Source: the human T2T-CHM13v2.0 reference genome, Homo sapiens. From it: a stretch of 64,000 nucleotides of DNA. The notes under the pieces were generated by a model. It was not told where the DNA came from, made no database searches, and was given only the letters and a program-made list of their open reading frames with translations. The translations under genes and the position numbers were made by a program. Shown here in pieces: positions 1 to 14,739 of the stretch. The stretch is from NCBI RefSeq assembly GCF_009914755.1, contig NC_060929.1; one strand, written 5' to 3'. Within the stretch, counting starts at the first letter, position 1. Each line of letters opens with the position of its first letter.

Positions 1-3000
1 AATCTGGGTACTATCTATAACTTCAAACTCACTCTTATCCCAGCAGCTTTTCTGATCAAAGAGAAGGAAAAAAGAGTCAGGTATCTGATCCTTGAATAGC
101 AGACACCCCACCTGGTAGCAAACATGGGCTAGGCAGTGTCCTGGAATTATAGCCAATTATACCTACCACTGCTTCTTTTGATTGAGAAAGGGAGGGGGTG
201 TCTATTTCCTTCTCTCACTACTTTGTGGATAGACATGAGACTCAACATCTGGCTTTTGCTTGTCTTCTGACAGATTCCTGGTACTCTAGCCTCTATTGGC
301 CTTTGTTATTCACTTGATGCTGATGCTAGTCTCACCTGTCACATTTAGGTAAGCCGTAGGCAGGACAACATAACATAAAACTATTCCCTGAGTTCCTCAT
401 AAAGAGTTTTAGTGTTCTCTAAGATGGATTTAAAATTGAGAGCATATCTTTGTTTCACTTTTTTATGAATTATTAAGATGACAAGAAACCAAGAAATGGC
501 AGAATAAAGGAATACAAATGATCAAAACCATGATATAAAAATTCAGGGAAAGCAAGAAAGTGAGTGTGAGACCATTTTGAGAGGGAGACGAAAATAACCT
601 GCTTTCTAAATTTTTGAAAAAAATAAAATAAAACCTTCTAAATATCTGAGAAAACCCTGAGCAGAGGCTGCAGTGGTGGCATTAGGATTCTCACCCACTA
701 ACCGACATACTACTGTTTTGAAAATTGTTTAGGGAAATCTACTGCCATACACAATCCAGCTGTTCTAAACTATATTAACAAAATTATTACTAAGAGACAA
801 ATAGAAATTTAAGAATACCCATAATCTAGCGTAAAATAGACATCAATTTCTTAGAATGTATTTCTTTGGTAGGATTATAAATAAACTTGTCATTGTCGTT
901 CTACATTTGTGTAAACAAGCAAGCAGACACACAAGAAACATGTAGGCAAACACTCAAATCGTGGTAACAGTTTTTCTCCGTTATCTCTCATCAACAAATT
1001 TGAAGCTCATTGACTATGTTTTTGAAGTCAATTCTTTAGAAAATTGGTACATCCGTCCTAAACCCAAGTTTCTCCAGGATTATTTTGGGGGGGCATAATG
1101 AGAAGGTACTGTAAGATACAAAAGGTTTTTCTACTTTAAAAGAACAGAGGCTTTGCACTAATGGGTCAGGGGATTGAAGAAGCACCCAGGAGCCATGCTC
1201 TCTACTGGGATGCAGACAATGCTCTTGGAAGGTCTGTCTGTATTGATAATGCAATGTGTTTTACCATCAAATCACTTAATAGAATCGAGTTAAATGTTCA
1301 CATTTAGATTTTACTGACAGTTCCATTGCTTACTCGTCTACTCCCTGAGTAAATATCCTCTGTGAAGTTACAATAGATAGTTATTTCTGCTCTATTTCTA
1401 TTGCTTTATCGTGACTTTTTCTCTAAACTTAAAAATATCTGTAGCCAAAAAACGGTTGCAACACTGAAAGTAATTATAGTTCATGAAGTGTGTAACAAAG
1501 ATGACATTCAAAGATGTTGTATAGGAGCTACAAGCCCCAGGCCTGCAGAGATTGGGCAGGTGAGCTGAATAAGTATCTGGAGTCAGGTGGAGACTTCGTG
1601 CTACATTAATGAGAACACCACTGTTTAGCGTCAAAATATGGATCCCATATAAGAATGATAGCCTTGAGTCTAATTTTTCAAGAGAAGCCCATGCTCTGGA
1701 GTTTTGTTTAACATTTCCCAACATTGAAATTTTTACCTTTATTATTTCAAATTCAAGTTATAAAAAAATTATGAACAGGGTTTGGGCTTGGAACATGTAA
1801 AAATTTTTTCTAGAAACTAATAATAGTTAATATAGTCACATATATAAATTAGAATACAATGATGACTAGCATCTGTATGCATAAAAACTTTCTTTTATTT
1901 TCCCTTACAGTCTATGTATTGGAGGTAATATGAATAGCTGTTGCCATCATCCAAGGTGGTCTGTGGCCATATTCTTGGCAATTGTACAATCTCATCAAGC
2001 TCTTTAAATTTTTTAACTCTCTGCTTCTTTCTGCACAGGAAAGTGAGGATGAAACCAGATAATGTGTCACTTGATATCACATACTGTCTTGCATTTAAAT
2101 GCTCATTTAAATTTTTGTTTTATATATTTATTATTTCCCTTTAGTAAAACTAAAGAATCGAGAACTTTTTTTCATTTGTACACAATAATACAAGTTAAGC
2201 TCTGACTTAATATTAGAAGATGGAAGAATCTAAGTATCTTTTATGTTGGACTATGAGGACACTAATGACTTATTTTGAGAGCTATTGATCTTAGCAATGC
2301 AAACTCGAGTTGGGCTCAAATTTTCATTGTATCAATAGTTTAACTTATATTTCTATCTCTGATTTATGACCTTTAGGCCTTAGGTGAATTTCTAGGGGCT
2401 TCACCTAACTAGTTTTCTATCTGTAGTTTAGTAGAACTGACAACTGTCAGGAAATGTGGATTCAGGAGCATTTAAAGGGGTCACCAGCACCAGATTATCA
2501 TGTTTTCAACGGTTCTTCTCAAGAACTGTCATATCATCTTAGGATTTAAATTTTCTGCTTAGTATTAAGTGAGAGAATTAGTAATATCGCCTAGCAATTG
2601 CATTTCCTTTTATCTTGCTTAGCATTTGTCATGGTGAAAAAACAGTTTTAATCATAGAAAGGGAAAAACTGTTAGCACATTTATTCATTAGTATTACAAT
2701 AATTTTAGGCCAACTATATTAATTTATTTTTCAAAATTCTTCACTTGGTTACTTATATCAAAAAGATATAATATTAATTTATACATATATTTATACTTAC
2801 ATATCATTAATATTTAAGTCATAGATGTTCAGGCTCAATATTTAAACACTGATAATTCCTGATAAGGTGAAATATTGACTAATTATATAAAGTAATACAT
2901 AATTTTTAACAGCAGCAATATAAACTAAAACCTTATTCCTTGAATTGACTAATTTTTGCTTCTATTATATCATTTTAGAGATCAAATATCTTTCTGTTTA

Positions 3001-4491
3001 ATACCTAAACCACACACATACATGTGCACACACATATACACATACACAACAAGATGGAAATTAGAGATCTTCAGGGATATTTTAAAAACTATACTACAAG
3101 AATCTATAGAATGACAATGACGCTGTAGGATGGGAGGCTTAATCTTTAAGGAAGAAATATCCTAGAACAAGTTTAACCACAGATCTGTCTTACAAATAGA
3201 AAAACTTTAAAATTTCATAAAACAGAAACTAAAAAGTGGGTCAGTTGTCAGTAATGTATTAATTTTTCAACACGAGAATTTAATTTTCTTATACTCGTTT
3301 TTCAGGTTTCCTTTGAAGTTAATAGCAACCAAAATGGAATAAGTTTGAATATAGAGTCAGCACACTGCATTTGTTAATGCAGAGGATTTGCAGTACAAAG
3401 GAAATTAATGAGTCCTTTAAACTAACACAATTTTATGTTTTGCTTTGAACATGTGTTGCATTGAAAGGCAACATTTGCGCTAAACTGGTAAAAACAAGAA
3501 AGACGTAGCAAGTTGCAGGGTTTCTGTAGTTCAAAGAAATTCCACAGAGAGCCTTCTTCAAACCACAAAATCCCCACCCCTCATTACCCATGTCTAGTAG
3601 CAAGCCCCATTATTTGGCCAAGAAGAGGGCAAGGGTACACACTGATGCATGCAAAGAAGGAAGATAACTTTCTTACTTTTAAAAGAACTTTGAGAGAAAG
3701 AGAGAAATAAAAATATTTAAAATAGAAAAAATACAAATAAAAAAATAAAAGAATATCACAGTTCTCATATATGGATAGCTATCATAAATCAACAAACTGT
3801 TTTAAATATCATACAATCACATGTTGTCATCTTTATTTCCAATAGTAACTGTTTCACAATTGATATTCTAGTTGATTATTAATAAATTCTATATTATCTT
3901 CTAATAAGAAACCAAATATACCAATTTCTGGCTTTCAGTATTAAAAGCACATCTCTCCTCATAAAACTGTTGCTTTTGAATGAGCAAACACCCTCTGCTA
4001 TATTACAAACCTTTCTAGCTATTTTGGGGCCAAGATAAGTGACAAAGTCACAGTGACTTGAGGGAAGTTGTTACCCTCCTCAGGACACCTTCCTGCCACA
4101 CACTAACAAGTGGTTCTGGGTTGCTATTTCAGGTTCTATTTTTGTACATCTGTTGGGAGAATTATACCTCCATATGAAGCATCTTCTTTTGGCCAAACTC
4201 AGAAGCTAGCCCAACATAATACTGATTCCAATAGCATTGACTTCATATATTGAAACTTCCTTGTTTATTATGTTCAAGGCAGGAAAGCCACCACTGTGAT
4301 TCATTTTTGTATGTAAATATCCTAGAAAAAAAAGAACTAGAAAATAATTCGGCTTGTTCTGCTGTGAATTCCCACTTCTTACATTGACCTATATTAATGA
4401 TCAGCTATCTCTAGATAATTTCACATTAAGTCAAACAATAATTTTTCTATAATTAGGTATCTGGCTTTATCATACATCCGATAATTTAGAA

Positions 4492-4617
4492 CAGTGAATC
4501 TTGACACTATATGTTAGAATCACCTGGAGAGAGTGATACTAATGCTTGAGGCTCCATCCCCAGAGATTCCAGGTGTGTCGGAATCTTATACCAAAACATT
4601 TAAAAAATACCCAAGTT
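4492..4617. mobile_element. MER5A-like hAT-Charlie DNA transposon fragment
   Basis: Contains 'ttagaatcacctggagag...ccatccccagagattc', characteristic of MER5A; degraded. Confidence 0.55.
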
Positions 4618-5629
4618 AAAAGAAAACATAGCCAGTGTGGAGATCCACTGTAATCATGAGATATTTGTTTTGTTTATAGTTTGTGTGGCTGAGTAATAAC
4701 ATAAAACCAAAGAAACAAACAGAAATTATTAAGCAACTACAATAAGCCGGAAGAGAATATCTTATCTGCAAATACGAAATTCTCATACCAACCCTATTCA
4801 TCAAGGGGGCAAATGGTTATTACAAACTCATTTGCCCACATACCAGAGAGCAAACTACATCAAAGCTGAGTTGACCTACTGAGCTCCAGCTTTACAACAG
4901 GTAGGCTTGACATCTAGAAAACCAAGCAATAACTAAAACAGTCTGAGCTAGTGACCCAGATATTCCTAGTATTTAAAAATCCTTTATTATAATTCACAAG
5001 AGCATTTCTTTTCTTCCTAGTGTTATCTTACTTAACATTAACTTTTCTCCCAAAGCAGAGTAGGAAGAGGGACGAAAAGGTACTTTAGGTTCCCCTCAGT
5101 GATTTTCTGTAAAGGGCAAAACATCTACTCCTTTTACTCCAGGGACATGTTCAGCTTCATGCAAGTTTCAAGCACTTAGCATGAGAGGGTCAATGATTCA
5201 GGACGTGTCAGGGTGGACATATTCCACTGATGTAATCTCCCAGTAAAGAATCTGCAACCACAGATACCTCAAAGGTACAAGGTTGTTACAGTCAGAACGA
5301 CTTATAGGCAGTACCCAGTAAATACGTAAAAATCATAGGTTGTCACCATCAGAAAGAACTGCTAGTATCCACTTATGCCCTCCACATGATTAACTAATTT
5401 TTAATAAGTCACTCAGCTTCTCCTTAGAGTCTCCAGCAACAAGAAACTAAACCATTAGTTCCTATAGTAATATATTCCATCTTCAAAGAGCTCTAACTCT
5501 TAACATAGTTTTTGCCTTTTTTGAGGATAAATCTGCCTGGCACAATTAGACCTACTGGTCCTCGCAGTTTCTCTTTAGAGTCACCCAGAATAAATCCTAT
5601 TTTAAATAATACTTGAAGATGGTATCACA

Positions 5630-6002
5630 TTAGGTTGGTGCAAAAGTAATTGCAATTTTTACCACAAGTTGTTTTGTTTTGAGACAGTCTTGCTCTGCCA
5701 CCCAGATTGGAGTGGAGTGGCGGGATCTGAGCTCACTGCAACCTCTGCCTCCCAGGTTCAAGTGATTCCCCTGCCTCAGCCTCCTGAGTAACTGGGATTA
5801 CAGGCACCCATCACCACAACCGGCTAATTTTTGTATTGTTAGTAGAGACAGGGTTCCGCCACGTTGGCCAGGCTGGTCTCAAACTCCTGACTTTAGGTGA
5901 TCTGCCTGCCTCATCCTCCCAAAGTCTAGGGATTACAGGCATACCTGGCCCTTATTACAACTTTTAATGGCAAAAACCACAATAGCATTTGCACCAACCT
6001 AA
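5630..6002. mobile_element. MADE1 (Hsmar1-derived MITE) split by an Alu
   Basis: Left TIR ttaggttggtgcaaaagtaattgc (5630) and right TIR ...gcatttgcaccaacctaa (ends 6002); removing the Alu restores an element of about 80-90 bp. Confidence 0.9.
5669..5950 (-). mobile_element. AluS (Sx-like)
   Basis: Antisense dimeric Alu with T-rich tail and a short deletion near its 5' end; degenerate TSD. Confidence 0.95.
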
Positions 6003-8696
6003 TTTTCATGAACTTGAGTAACTTCTTTTCCATAGTCCCACAGCTACAATCTTCAGAAACCTAATCATCTCGATTACTCTCTTCAGACATGCCTCACTAT
6101 GTCATCACAGTATGTTGCCCACAACAAAACCAAAACAGAGCGTGGTATGACGATGGAAGAGTCACATGGGACCATATTCTACCCAAAACATCTATCAAAA
6201 AGGATTTGCTTTTCTTTTTTTAGTGACCTCCTATTTAAACACACCTTTGTAGTCTTCTACTCAGTAGATTACTTTTGTCTTCATCTCTCTCTCTCTCCCC
6301 TCCCCTCCACATCCAAATTCAAAAATGTCCCAAATCAAAATTTGCTTTAAAAGTTCCTAAAAGAACTGTTTATGATTTCCTCCAGGCCTATACTTTTTCT
6401 CAGTTGGCATTTATTGTCTTGGCAGCAAAAGAAGAGAACATGAAGAAAGTTTGGAAGCTTTTCCCCATAGTGACATAGACAAATTAGTCTAAACTGCCTT
6501 AAAATAAAACAAAAAAAAAATATGGTGACTACTATGGGAGATACTATTTTTCTTCAAACTTTAATTGAACTTTATTATATGTCTGAAAACTGAAAACCCT
6601 GTGTTAAAATACTGCCATGCAGATAATAATATTTTATTATTCTTTTAAATATCACTCAATAAAGATGATGTTGTTTAGTGGAAAAATCCATTTGTGTTGT
6701 TTCTAAATTCTCAAATCAATTGTTAGATTTAGAAGCACATGCTTCTTGATGGGAAAAGGAATTATGTATGGGTAATTTTCATACCTTGATTGAATACTCT
6801 CATCAGAAATGAAATGGGCATTGGGCTCTGAGGAGGAAATTCTGGAATCATTCCAGACTGATCTATCTTCCCTGGTGCTTAGGTTGTAAGGAGCTAAATG
6901 CATCACAGTATTAGAATGAAATGAATTATGCAGAACCTTTGATAGAAAGCATGTGCAATTTCTTCCCTAAAGACTCTTCAAATCATTCTGTTACATCTTT
7001 CTTTGATTATGTGGTAGTTAGGCTGAAAATAAGTAACCCCTCAAATGTTTTAAAACACATATATATATATGGATTGCATAAAATTAATTAATATCTTTAC
7101 CTTTAGAAAAATCATTCCAGGAGCACATTTGCCAGTAAAATACATTTAAGACAGTTTCAGTACTCCTACTAAACTCTATTTTCAGAGGTTTATAATGTGA
7201 TCATAAAAATTCATTCCAGGCTAAAATTCAGCACCAAGGAAAATGTGCTTTACACATGGTAGGTAACCATTTCCTCCTCTTTCATTCCTCATGACTGTTG
7301 TTTTTTTTTTTTTTTTAAGTTTTCACTGTGTTTTTCACAAGTTGAGTCATTAACCAAACTGGCAGGAACCAAATCACAAATGAATTTTTGTCATTTTTTA
7401 ATTTATTTGCAACTTTCACCTCCTCTCCCCTACCATTCCCCAGTCCCCCTCCTTGCTTCCAAAATACATGAGATGATTGGAGATTTTTTTTTTTTTACAT
7501 AAAACTGCAAATTTAAAGAGTGTACTTCAAAGACTGCACACTACCATGCTTCAGAAAATCTGTATAACTACTGTCTACCTCTGAGGGTATTAAATTTACA
7601 AAGACTTAATCCAAATCTTGTTAACATCAGCTATTGGTTTATATGTAGTAAAGAAATACATGAAAGGTCACATTTAACAAACAGTAAATGTTTATTGTTC
7701 AAAGAAGGAATGATGTCATTTTTTCAGCACTCTGCAGCTCCTACACTGAACCATGACTAGTACCTTGAAACCCACGAAATAAAGAAGGGTTAAGCTGTAT
7801 TGAGAGCACCTGCCTAAACCCAGACTCATTTCTGGAGAGCAGAAGTTTGATGGACCAACTTTTTCATTAAAAGTTACCCAGTTCTCCTGATTCTAAGAGT
7901 GAAACTAAAGATCCGAATCTGGGCTCTTTTATGCCTTTACTTCTTGTCTTTGGGCAATAAATAACTTGGTTATGCTTTTATCATTGATTGTGTGTCAAAC
8001 CCTTCCAACCCATAATCCTTAGGAGGAACCCTCTGAGTATATTTGGAAATATTGGTATGGCCTTCTTTTTACCCTTGATCATAATGTTGTATCAAACGAA
8101 TGTGTAATTTTTAAGAACATTTACATAATATTATTTCATGCCATTCTTACTGTAACTCTATGAGGAGATTTACCCAGGGCGTGTCGGAATCAGAGAGAGG
8201 AAGCTTTAAGGGACAGGGGGAGAATTGTATGACTGGTCTGGTTTCCTGACTCCCAGGGCTGGAGGACTTTCAGCGAGAAAAGTGACATTCCCTCTCCACT
8301 CCAGTGGAGGAAGATGGAGACAGCATCTTGCTCCCTCCAATCCCAGTCTCCAAACATCCAGCAACACACTCCTGCTGATAACAGGCTCTTTTGCCTCAAC
8401 TGCCAGAGCCAGAAAACAGACTCACAGGAATAAAGGGTTTGATAAAATAAATTGATCCAGAAATGGAGTAGGGAAACAATAAACAAGATCACAGCTAAGT
8501 GTTCATTTGGAGTGGTTATTATGGGCAGGTAAGATTGAGAAATGGGTGAACTATGAGATCTTAACTCATTGAAAATGATGCAATTTTAGATTTGCTGAAA
8601 AAAAATCTAGATTACATGTCATTTTCACATCACTAACAATCAGATTAAATCCATATTTGAAAGAGTATGATTACATATTCTTTTTCCGCATGTGAA

Positions 8697-9004
<308 letters not shown>

Positions 9005-10074
9005 TGAATTTTTCTGAAGGTACAGGTGAACCTCAATAAGGCTTATTTGAATGTATCTACTTATTGTTAATCTAAAACCAGACTTTAAAAGACAGACTAC
9101 TTAGGCAACCATCTCGGGTTTCTAATCATTTTTGAAGCCCAGAAAATGTTTTTCTCATTGCTACTGTTCCTACATATTGCCAGTAAATGTCCTGTTCAGG
9201 AGGGAGAGACATACTTGCAAAACCTCTCTTCTTTGTTGAAATTGGTGGAGGAAACACATTCAAAAAGAAAAATAAGGAGCAAATGCATCTGTTTTTATCA
9301 CTGCTTAATGTTTTTCTTCCCTTAAAAATGTCCATTTTTATGTAAACAAGTTTGTTTTTCAGTTACCTTTCTGCTAGACAAAAAATGTCATTAATTCTCA
9401 AATGTCTTTCCTTAGGCAACAAACTCCTGGGTGCCACTTTAGCCACATATCAGAAGAGAATATTAATTTAAATAATTAGAGGAAATTGGTCTTTATAATC
9501 ATCTTTGCAGAGTAGAAAACAGAGGGAGAAAGCCCCACGCACTGTGGATTTAAAGGAATGCAACAGTATTTGTGCCATTTTACCTCAGAGCCCGTGTTAT
9601 GTGCCTGTTTGCTATTGCTGGGTCACCGTTGCTGCACACTGAGGGCATAATATGTATAGAGAATATCCCCTTTCCCCTCACCCCAAAAAGAATACAATAT
9701 TTTAATGTGTTTACCCACATATCTTACTACTTAAAAAACAAGGATTTTCTTCCATAGTTATTTCCCATTGAATAATGCACACTTTCATCATGTTTAATGC
9801 TTGTCTGACAAGAGTTTTCCCAGTGGTCACTAATAGTGGTACCTTAGGTCAAACGTTAATATCTCAATAGCTTTTTTTTCTCTCTTCAGACCATTAATTT
9901 TTCCCTATGAGTCCTGTGAGTTGTGGAGAGATTCCGTTCAAATGGCAAATGCATAATAAATATTTGTTAAACATATAGACAACTACACTGTTCAAAATTT
10001 GTTAGATAACTTGGTAGTTATTTTCCACAGTTTAACTATGGAAATAACATACTGAAATATAAAGCCACATAAAA

Positions 10075-10490
10075 AAGCTCAAACTCCTAGGCATGGAATA
10101 TCAGGCCCTCCAAGAACCTACCTCTGTGGACCTGAACAGCTTCTTATCTCACTGTTCCATCTAAAGGCTAAGCTCCATTCAACCAAAATTGGTTAGGTTA
10201 TTCAGTATTTTACATTGATGTAATTCTCTGTCTTTGGCATGTTGTCCTTTTCTCTATCCACCAGGAAGATCCCTATTTCTCTTTCACAATCTGGCCTCAG
10301 CTCCCCAGCCCTACTGCACCTCATCCTTACCTCTTTTAGAAACATTTCTTAGATGTGCTGAAGACTGCTGTTTACGTCTCTGTCCACTTGAGGTTTTATG
10401 TTTTCTTCTGTGTATTCCCTGGGTCTACTACAATGGTGTGCACTCACGGCTGGTACTCAGTAAATGTATCTGACTCAATAACTAAATAAG
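10075..10490 (+). mobile_element. L2 LINE 3' fragment
   Basis: 'caaactcctaggcatggaatatcaggccctcc' through the L2-type terminus 'gtactcagtaaatgtatctga'. Confidence 0.6.
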
Positions 10491-10671
10491 GTCTTGTATA
10501 AGTGGAGTCTTCATTTTCTATAATCCTCTGAATAATGTAAAAATCATTTGTAATTCACTAAGTAATTAGAAAAATACTTGTTCTCAATGTTTTTTTAGTA
10601 GCATCATAGTGACTTCTATAATTAAAACACAGACTTCACGGATTACCTAGTCACGGGATTTATGTAAACAG

Positions 10672-10850
10672 CACCAGCCCAGGCACTGGGAGACAAGTCA
10701 TGTGATTAATGTAAAAGGGTTCCAGCCCTACCACTGACCAGATGAATTTTTGAGAAAAAACTTAATTTCTCTGGACTTCACTTTCATCATCAGTTAAATA
10801 TAAGAGTCACGAGATGCAAGCTCTGAAACCCTTTTCTCTCTGACATTCAA
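10672..10850 (+). mobile_element. MIR fragment
   Basis: MIR core-like 'cttaatttctctggacttcactttcatcatcagttaaat'. Confidence 0.5.
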
Positions 10851-10994
10851 CCAGTCTGTCATGGGAAAGCGTCCAAGTATGCTGGTCATAGGCATCACTT
10901 TTTCTGTACATTCAACCTTAACTGAGTGTCTACCACACACCAGGCATTGTACTGCAGCCAAGATGGACAAGACAGAGGAAACAGTACTAGCACT

Positions 10995-11150
10995 GTCACA
11001 TTTTTAACTCACAACCACACCCTGATAGATATAACTATTCCAAGTTCCCAGGTGAGAAAATGGTAGCTCAAAGAAGGTAAATAACTTGCCCAGTCTCATA
11101 CCTGCTAATGACAAATCTGGAATTGGAATTCCAATCTTTTGAATCTTAAA
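10995..11150 (-). mobile_element. MIR fragment
   Basis: Antisense MIR core 'caggtgagaaaatggtagctcaaagaaggtaaataacttgccc'. Confidence 0.65.
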
Positions 11151-11619
11151 CTGCTAAGCTGATAAACTGCTTGCATTCTACCATAAACGATTTAAAGAAA
11201 AAAGATACCAAGAAACAATGTTGCTGTGCATTAGACACAAATACAAACATTCTCACTATATAAAACGTGGCTGAATGAAGTTGGTGATGGAATAAAATTT
11301 TACTGTTTTTAAAATTATGCATTCATTGTTATAGTGAGTTTTACTTTCTGTTTTTCCAGTAATATATAAAAGTGCTTTTTTACTCTATTGCAGAATTTTA
11401 AAAAATGAATGGAAAGTGTTCGTAATTCAGTTTTTCCATATCATAATTTTTTAATAGTTATAATCATTTTCAGAATTTAGAGCTTAATGTCAAACATTAT
11501 TATACCCACATAGATAGAGTAAGCCAGACATGAGGGACATGGATGTTTGGGAAAACGAGGAGCATGTTGGCTTCCGTTATTTAACCTAAATTATTCCCTC
11601 AAACTTTTAACTTATTTTC

Positions 11620-12065
11620 TATGTGTGTGTGTGCATGTATTATACAGTGTGTGTTTACATAAATATATTTACATATTATATAGTGTATTTATATATTGTA
11701 TATATGTGTATACACACTATAAACAAACTACATAGTTTATATATAAACTATATGTAGATAAAATATATATTTTATATATTATTTATATATAAACACAAAG
11801 ACACAATATATTTATATATGAACACATTTAGATACAATATAATATATAATATATAAACACACATATAGACATGTAATACACATATACATAATACATGTCT
11901 ATATGTGTGTTTATATATTAACATGCATACATATAATACGTGTGTTTTAATATATAAAAACACACATATGGACATATGTATATAAACACCCATATAATAC
12001 ATATATTATAATGTGTTTATATATATAAACACTACATTTATACTATGTAATATTTATATATTGTG
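11620..12065. repeat. Degenerate (TA)n/(TG)n/(CA)n low-complexity tract
   Basis: About 450 bp of alternating purine-pyrimidine, AT-rich sequence. Confidence 0.9.
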
Positions 12066-14214
12066 TTTAAGCCACTGGTACACTCTGGCTGTATACTTAA
12101 GCTAATGTGAGTAAAAATATTAATAACAAGATTTGAGGGAAATATGTTCTCCCTTCATTCACTGTCAAGAGCAGGCAATGGAAAGAAATTGAAAAGGAAC
12201 TATGCAATTCAAACTGCAGGAAGATAAATGGCCAGGAGGGATTTTGTTTTGTTTTGTTTTGTTTTATAAAGGCATTCAAACTCTGACCAAAAAACAACAA
12301 AAAAAAATCAACTGGGTTTTTTAAAGGTTTTGCTATGCCAAGGAGAACCTAATACATCACTATAGCTCCGAACAGAGAACAGAAGAAAGAGAAGGGGTCA
12401 CAGCTATCTATCAGCCTTTAAACAAACATCGTCTAAGTTGCCACAGGTAGCTCAGTACATAACATCAAGTTATGTATCACTGAGGTGCAGCTGCTCACTG
12501 CTTAAAATAAAAACTGAAGATTTATATTATACCTACTTCCTGTCATCTACCTGTCTTCAGTTTTCAGCCTGGGGAAAAGGAAATTATTTTTTTTAAAGCT
12601 ATAAACAAAGATAATTATTCATTCTTAATTTTCTGTAGACAAATATTTTAATGGGGTGGTACAAACCTTAGATTATTTGATTTGTTCAGAGTTTTGTGAC
12701 ATTGTTCAACAAAAATAATAAATAAATCTATATTTATAGGTAGAACAATGACAAACTCTGTGAGACAATTCTGTGTGCAGTTTTAGGGTGCTTCTCAGAT
12801 TTTCATTTGGTTAAAATGACTCAATATACATGGCTGGTACAGCTCTCATCAAGTAATCTCTATTGGTAATGACAACTGTCATATAGTAATCAGCTAATTA
12901 GAAGATAGAACTTCAAGTTTATTGAAAGAATTTCCAATGGTAATGACAAGAATTGCTTGATAAATGAACTGTGTACAGCCACAAGGCTTATGTCTATGTT
13001 TTCATGACTTTACTGCTATTATTCAAGAAACATCTGTCCTAGGAAGATGAAATTGCACGAAACTTTTTGTTTCAAGAACTTTCTGAAAATCTATTTATCC
13101 AACTAATAGACTACTTAACTAAGTCTCATCAAAATAGTAGCTTTTTGCAGAACAATAGATTTCTCAATTAGGCTTATCAAACAACTATTTTATCTTCAAG
13201 GTTCATTTTAAAACTTTCCTTTAGCTGTGTCCACCAGTTCTAAATTATTATATCTCAAAATGTGCACAATCCCAGTCAAGCTCAGTACACCTCACCCCGT
13301 ATGGAGACTCCTACCTCTCTTAAACCACTATCCATGTTATATATGTCATCCAGGACCTTGTGCATTGGAGACATTACTAGGACTTTTCAGGATAGAGGTC
13401 TCTTTTGTCTGATGAACAGGTTACTTCGATGGCCTGTTTGGGGACTTAGAATATAACATATACCTATAGATGGACGATAAATGTTCCACTCTTCTATAGG
13501 TTTTAATAGTAAAAAAAAAGACAAATGAGTCATAATTCCATACATCTTACATCAAGTGAGTACAAACTTATTCTCTTCTGGTTTCCACCAAAGTTAAATT
13601 CCAGATGACAGCTGGACTTAGAGAAATCTAGTTTTGACTTCTATTTATATGCTTGTCTTTCTCAACATGTTCTGATTAATTTAGTTAAATGACTGATCTA
13701 TACCTGATTAAAAACTAATAAGTTAATTAATATGAACAAGTTAGTTGATATCTGTAGAAACAGCCACTAAATTTTTTAAGTTAAGATTATTTCACACTTG
13801 TCATTGGAGAAGAATAATTATATCTGAAGGAAAATTACAGAAGTAAAGGTTTTAACATCGAATACAGCTAAGTATTTATTTTAGTATTTAACTGTAATTT
13901 GTTCTTGTTACTGAAATTTGAAAAATATTTTAAGTGATTAACTTGAAAATAACTATCATCATTGTATATGCCTCTTTAAAGTTGAATGTGATATTAAATT
14001 ATGGTCCTAAGGCTTATTCCAACCTGTTTATCTAGAATCAGAGATAGAAGAGTTAGTGAATTTTAAAATCTTTTCCCAGAGGTCTTATTCAAAACTCAAT
14101 TTTGGTTTGATGGGAGAGTTAGCAAGCCTTTTATGTTTCACACTTCTAAATGAATTCCTATTCATTCTTTATATCTTTTTGTTTGTTTCAATTGGTGCGT
14201 TTTTGTTTTTAAAA

Positions 14215-14739
14215 CTTTTGGTAAAATATACCTAACATAAAATTTAGCATTTTTACCATTTTAAAGCGTATAGTTCAATGGCATTAAATACATTCAAATT
14301 GTTGTGCTACCATCACCACCATTCATCTCCAGAATTTTTTAATCTTGAAAAACCTATTAAACAGGAATTCCTTATTCCCCTACCCTACTCCGCCCCAACA
14401 TCTGACAACTACAGTTCTGCTTTCTGTTTCTATAAATTTGATTACTTTAAATATGTTATGTAAGTGGAATCATACAGTATTTGTGACTCACTTTTTTCAC
14501 AGATATAATGTCTTCAAAGTTTATCCATATTGTAACATTGTTCAGAATTTCCTTTTGTGAAAGCTACATAATATTCTGTTGTATGTATATAACAAATGTT
14601 GTTTACTCATTCGTCTGCAGATACACACTTGGGTTGCTTCTACCTTTTGGTTATTGTGATCAATGCTGCTATGAATATTGGTGTACAAATATCTGTTTGT
14701 GTTCCTGCTTTCAGCTTTTTTGGCCTATATCCGGAAGTT
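14215..14739 (-). mobile_element. L1MB-type LINE-1 3' end
   Basis: 'aaaatatacctaacataaaattt...ggcattaaatacattc...ttggttattgtgatcaatgctgctatgaatatt' is a typical antisense L1MB 3' UTR/ORF2 end. Confidence 0.85.

Larger units (their letters stand above)
5330..6170 (-). mobile_element. L3/CR1 LINE 3' region remnant, interrupted by MADE1 and Alu
   Basis: 'ttccatcttcaaagagctctaactcttaac...aaatctgcct...ctggtcctc...tttagagtcacccagaataaatc' resembles the antisense L3 3' end; boundaries approximate. Confidence 0.5.

Noticed and set aside
11547-12002. Y/I/V/C-rich ORFs
   Set aside because: Translations of TA/TG low-complexity DNA.
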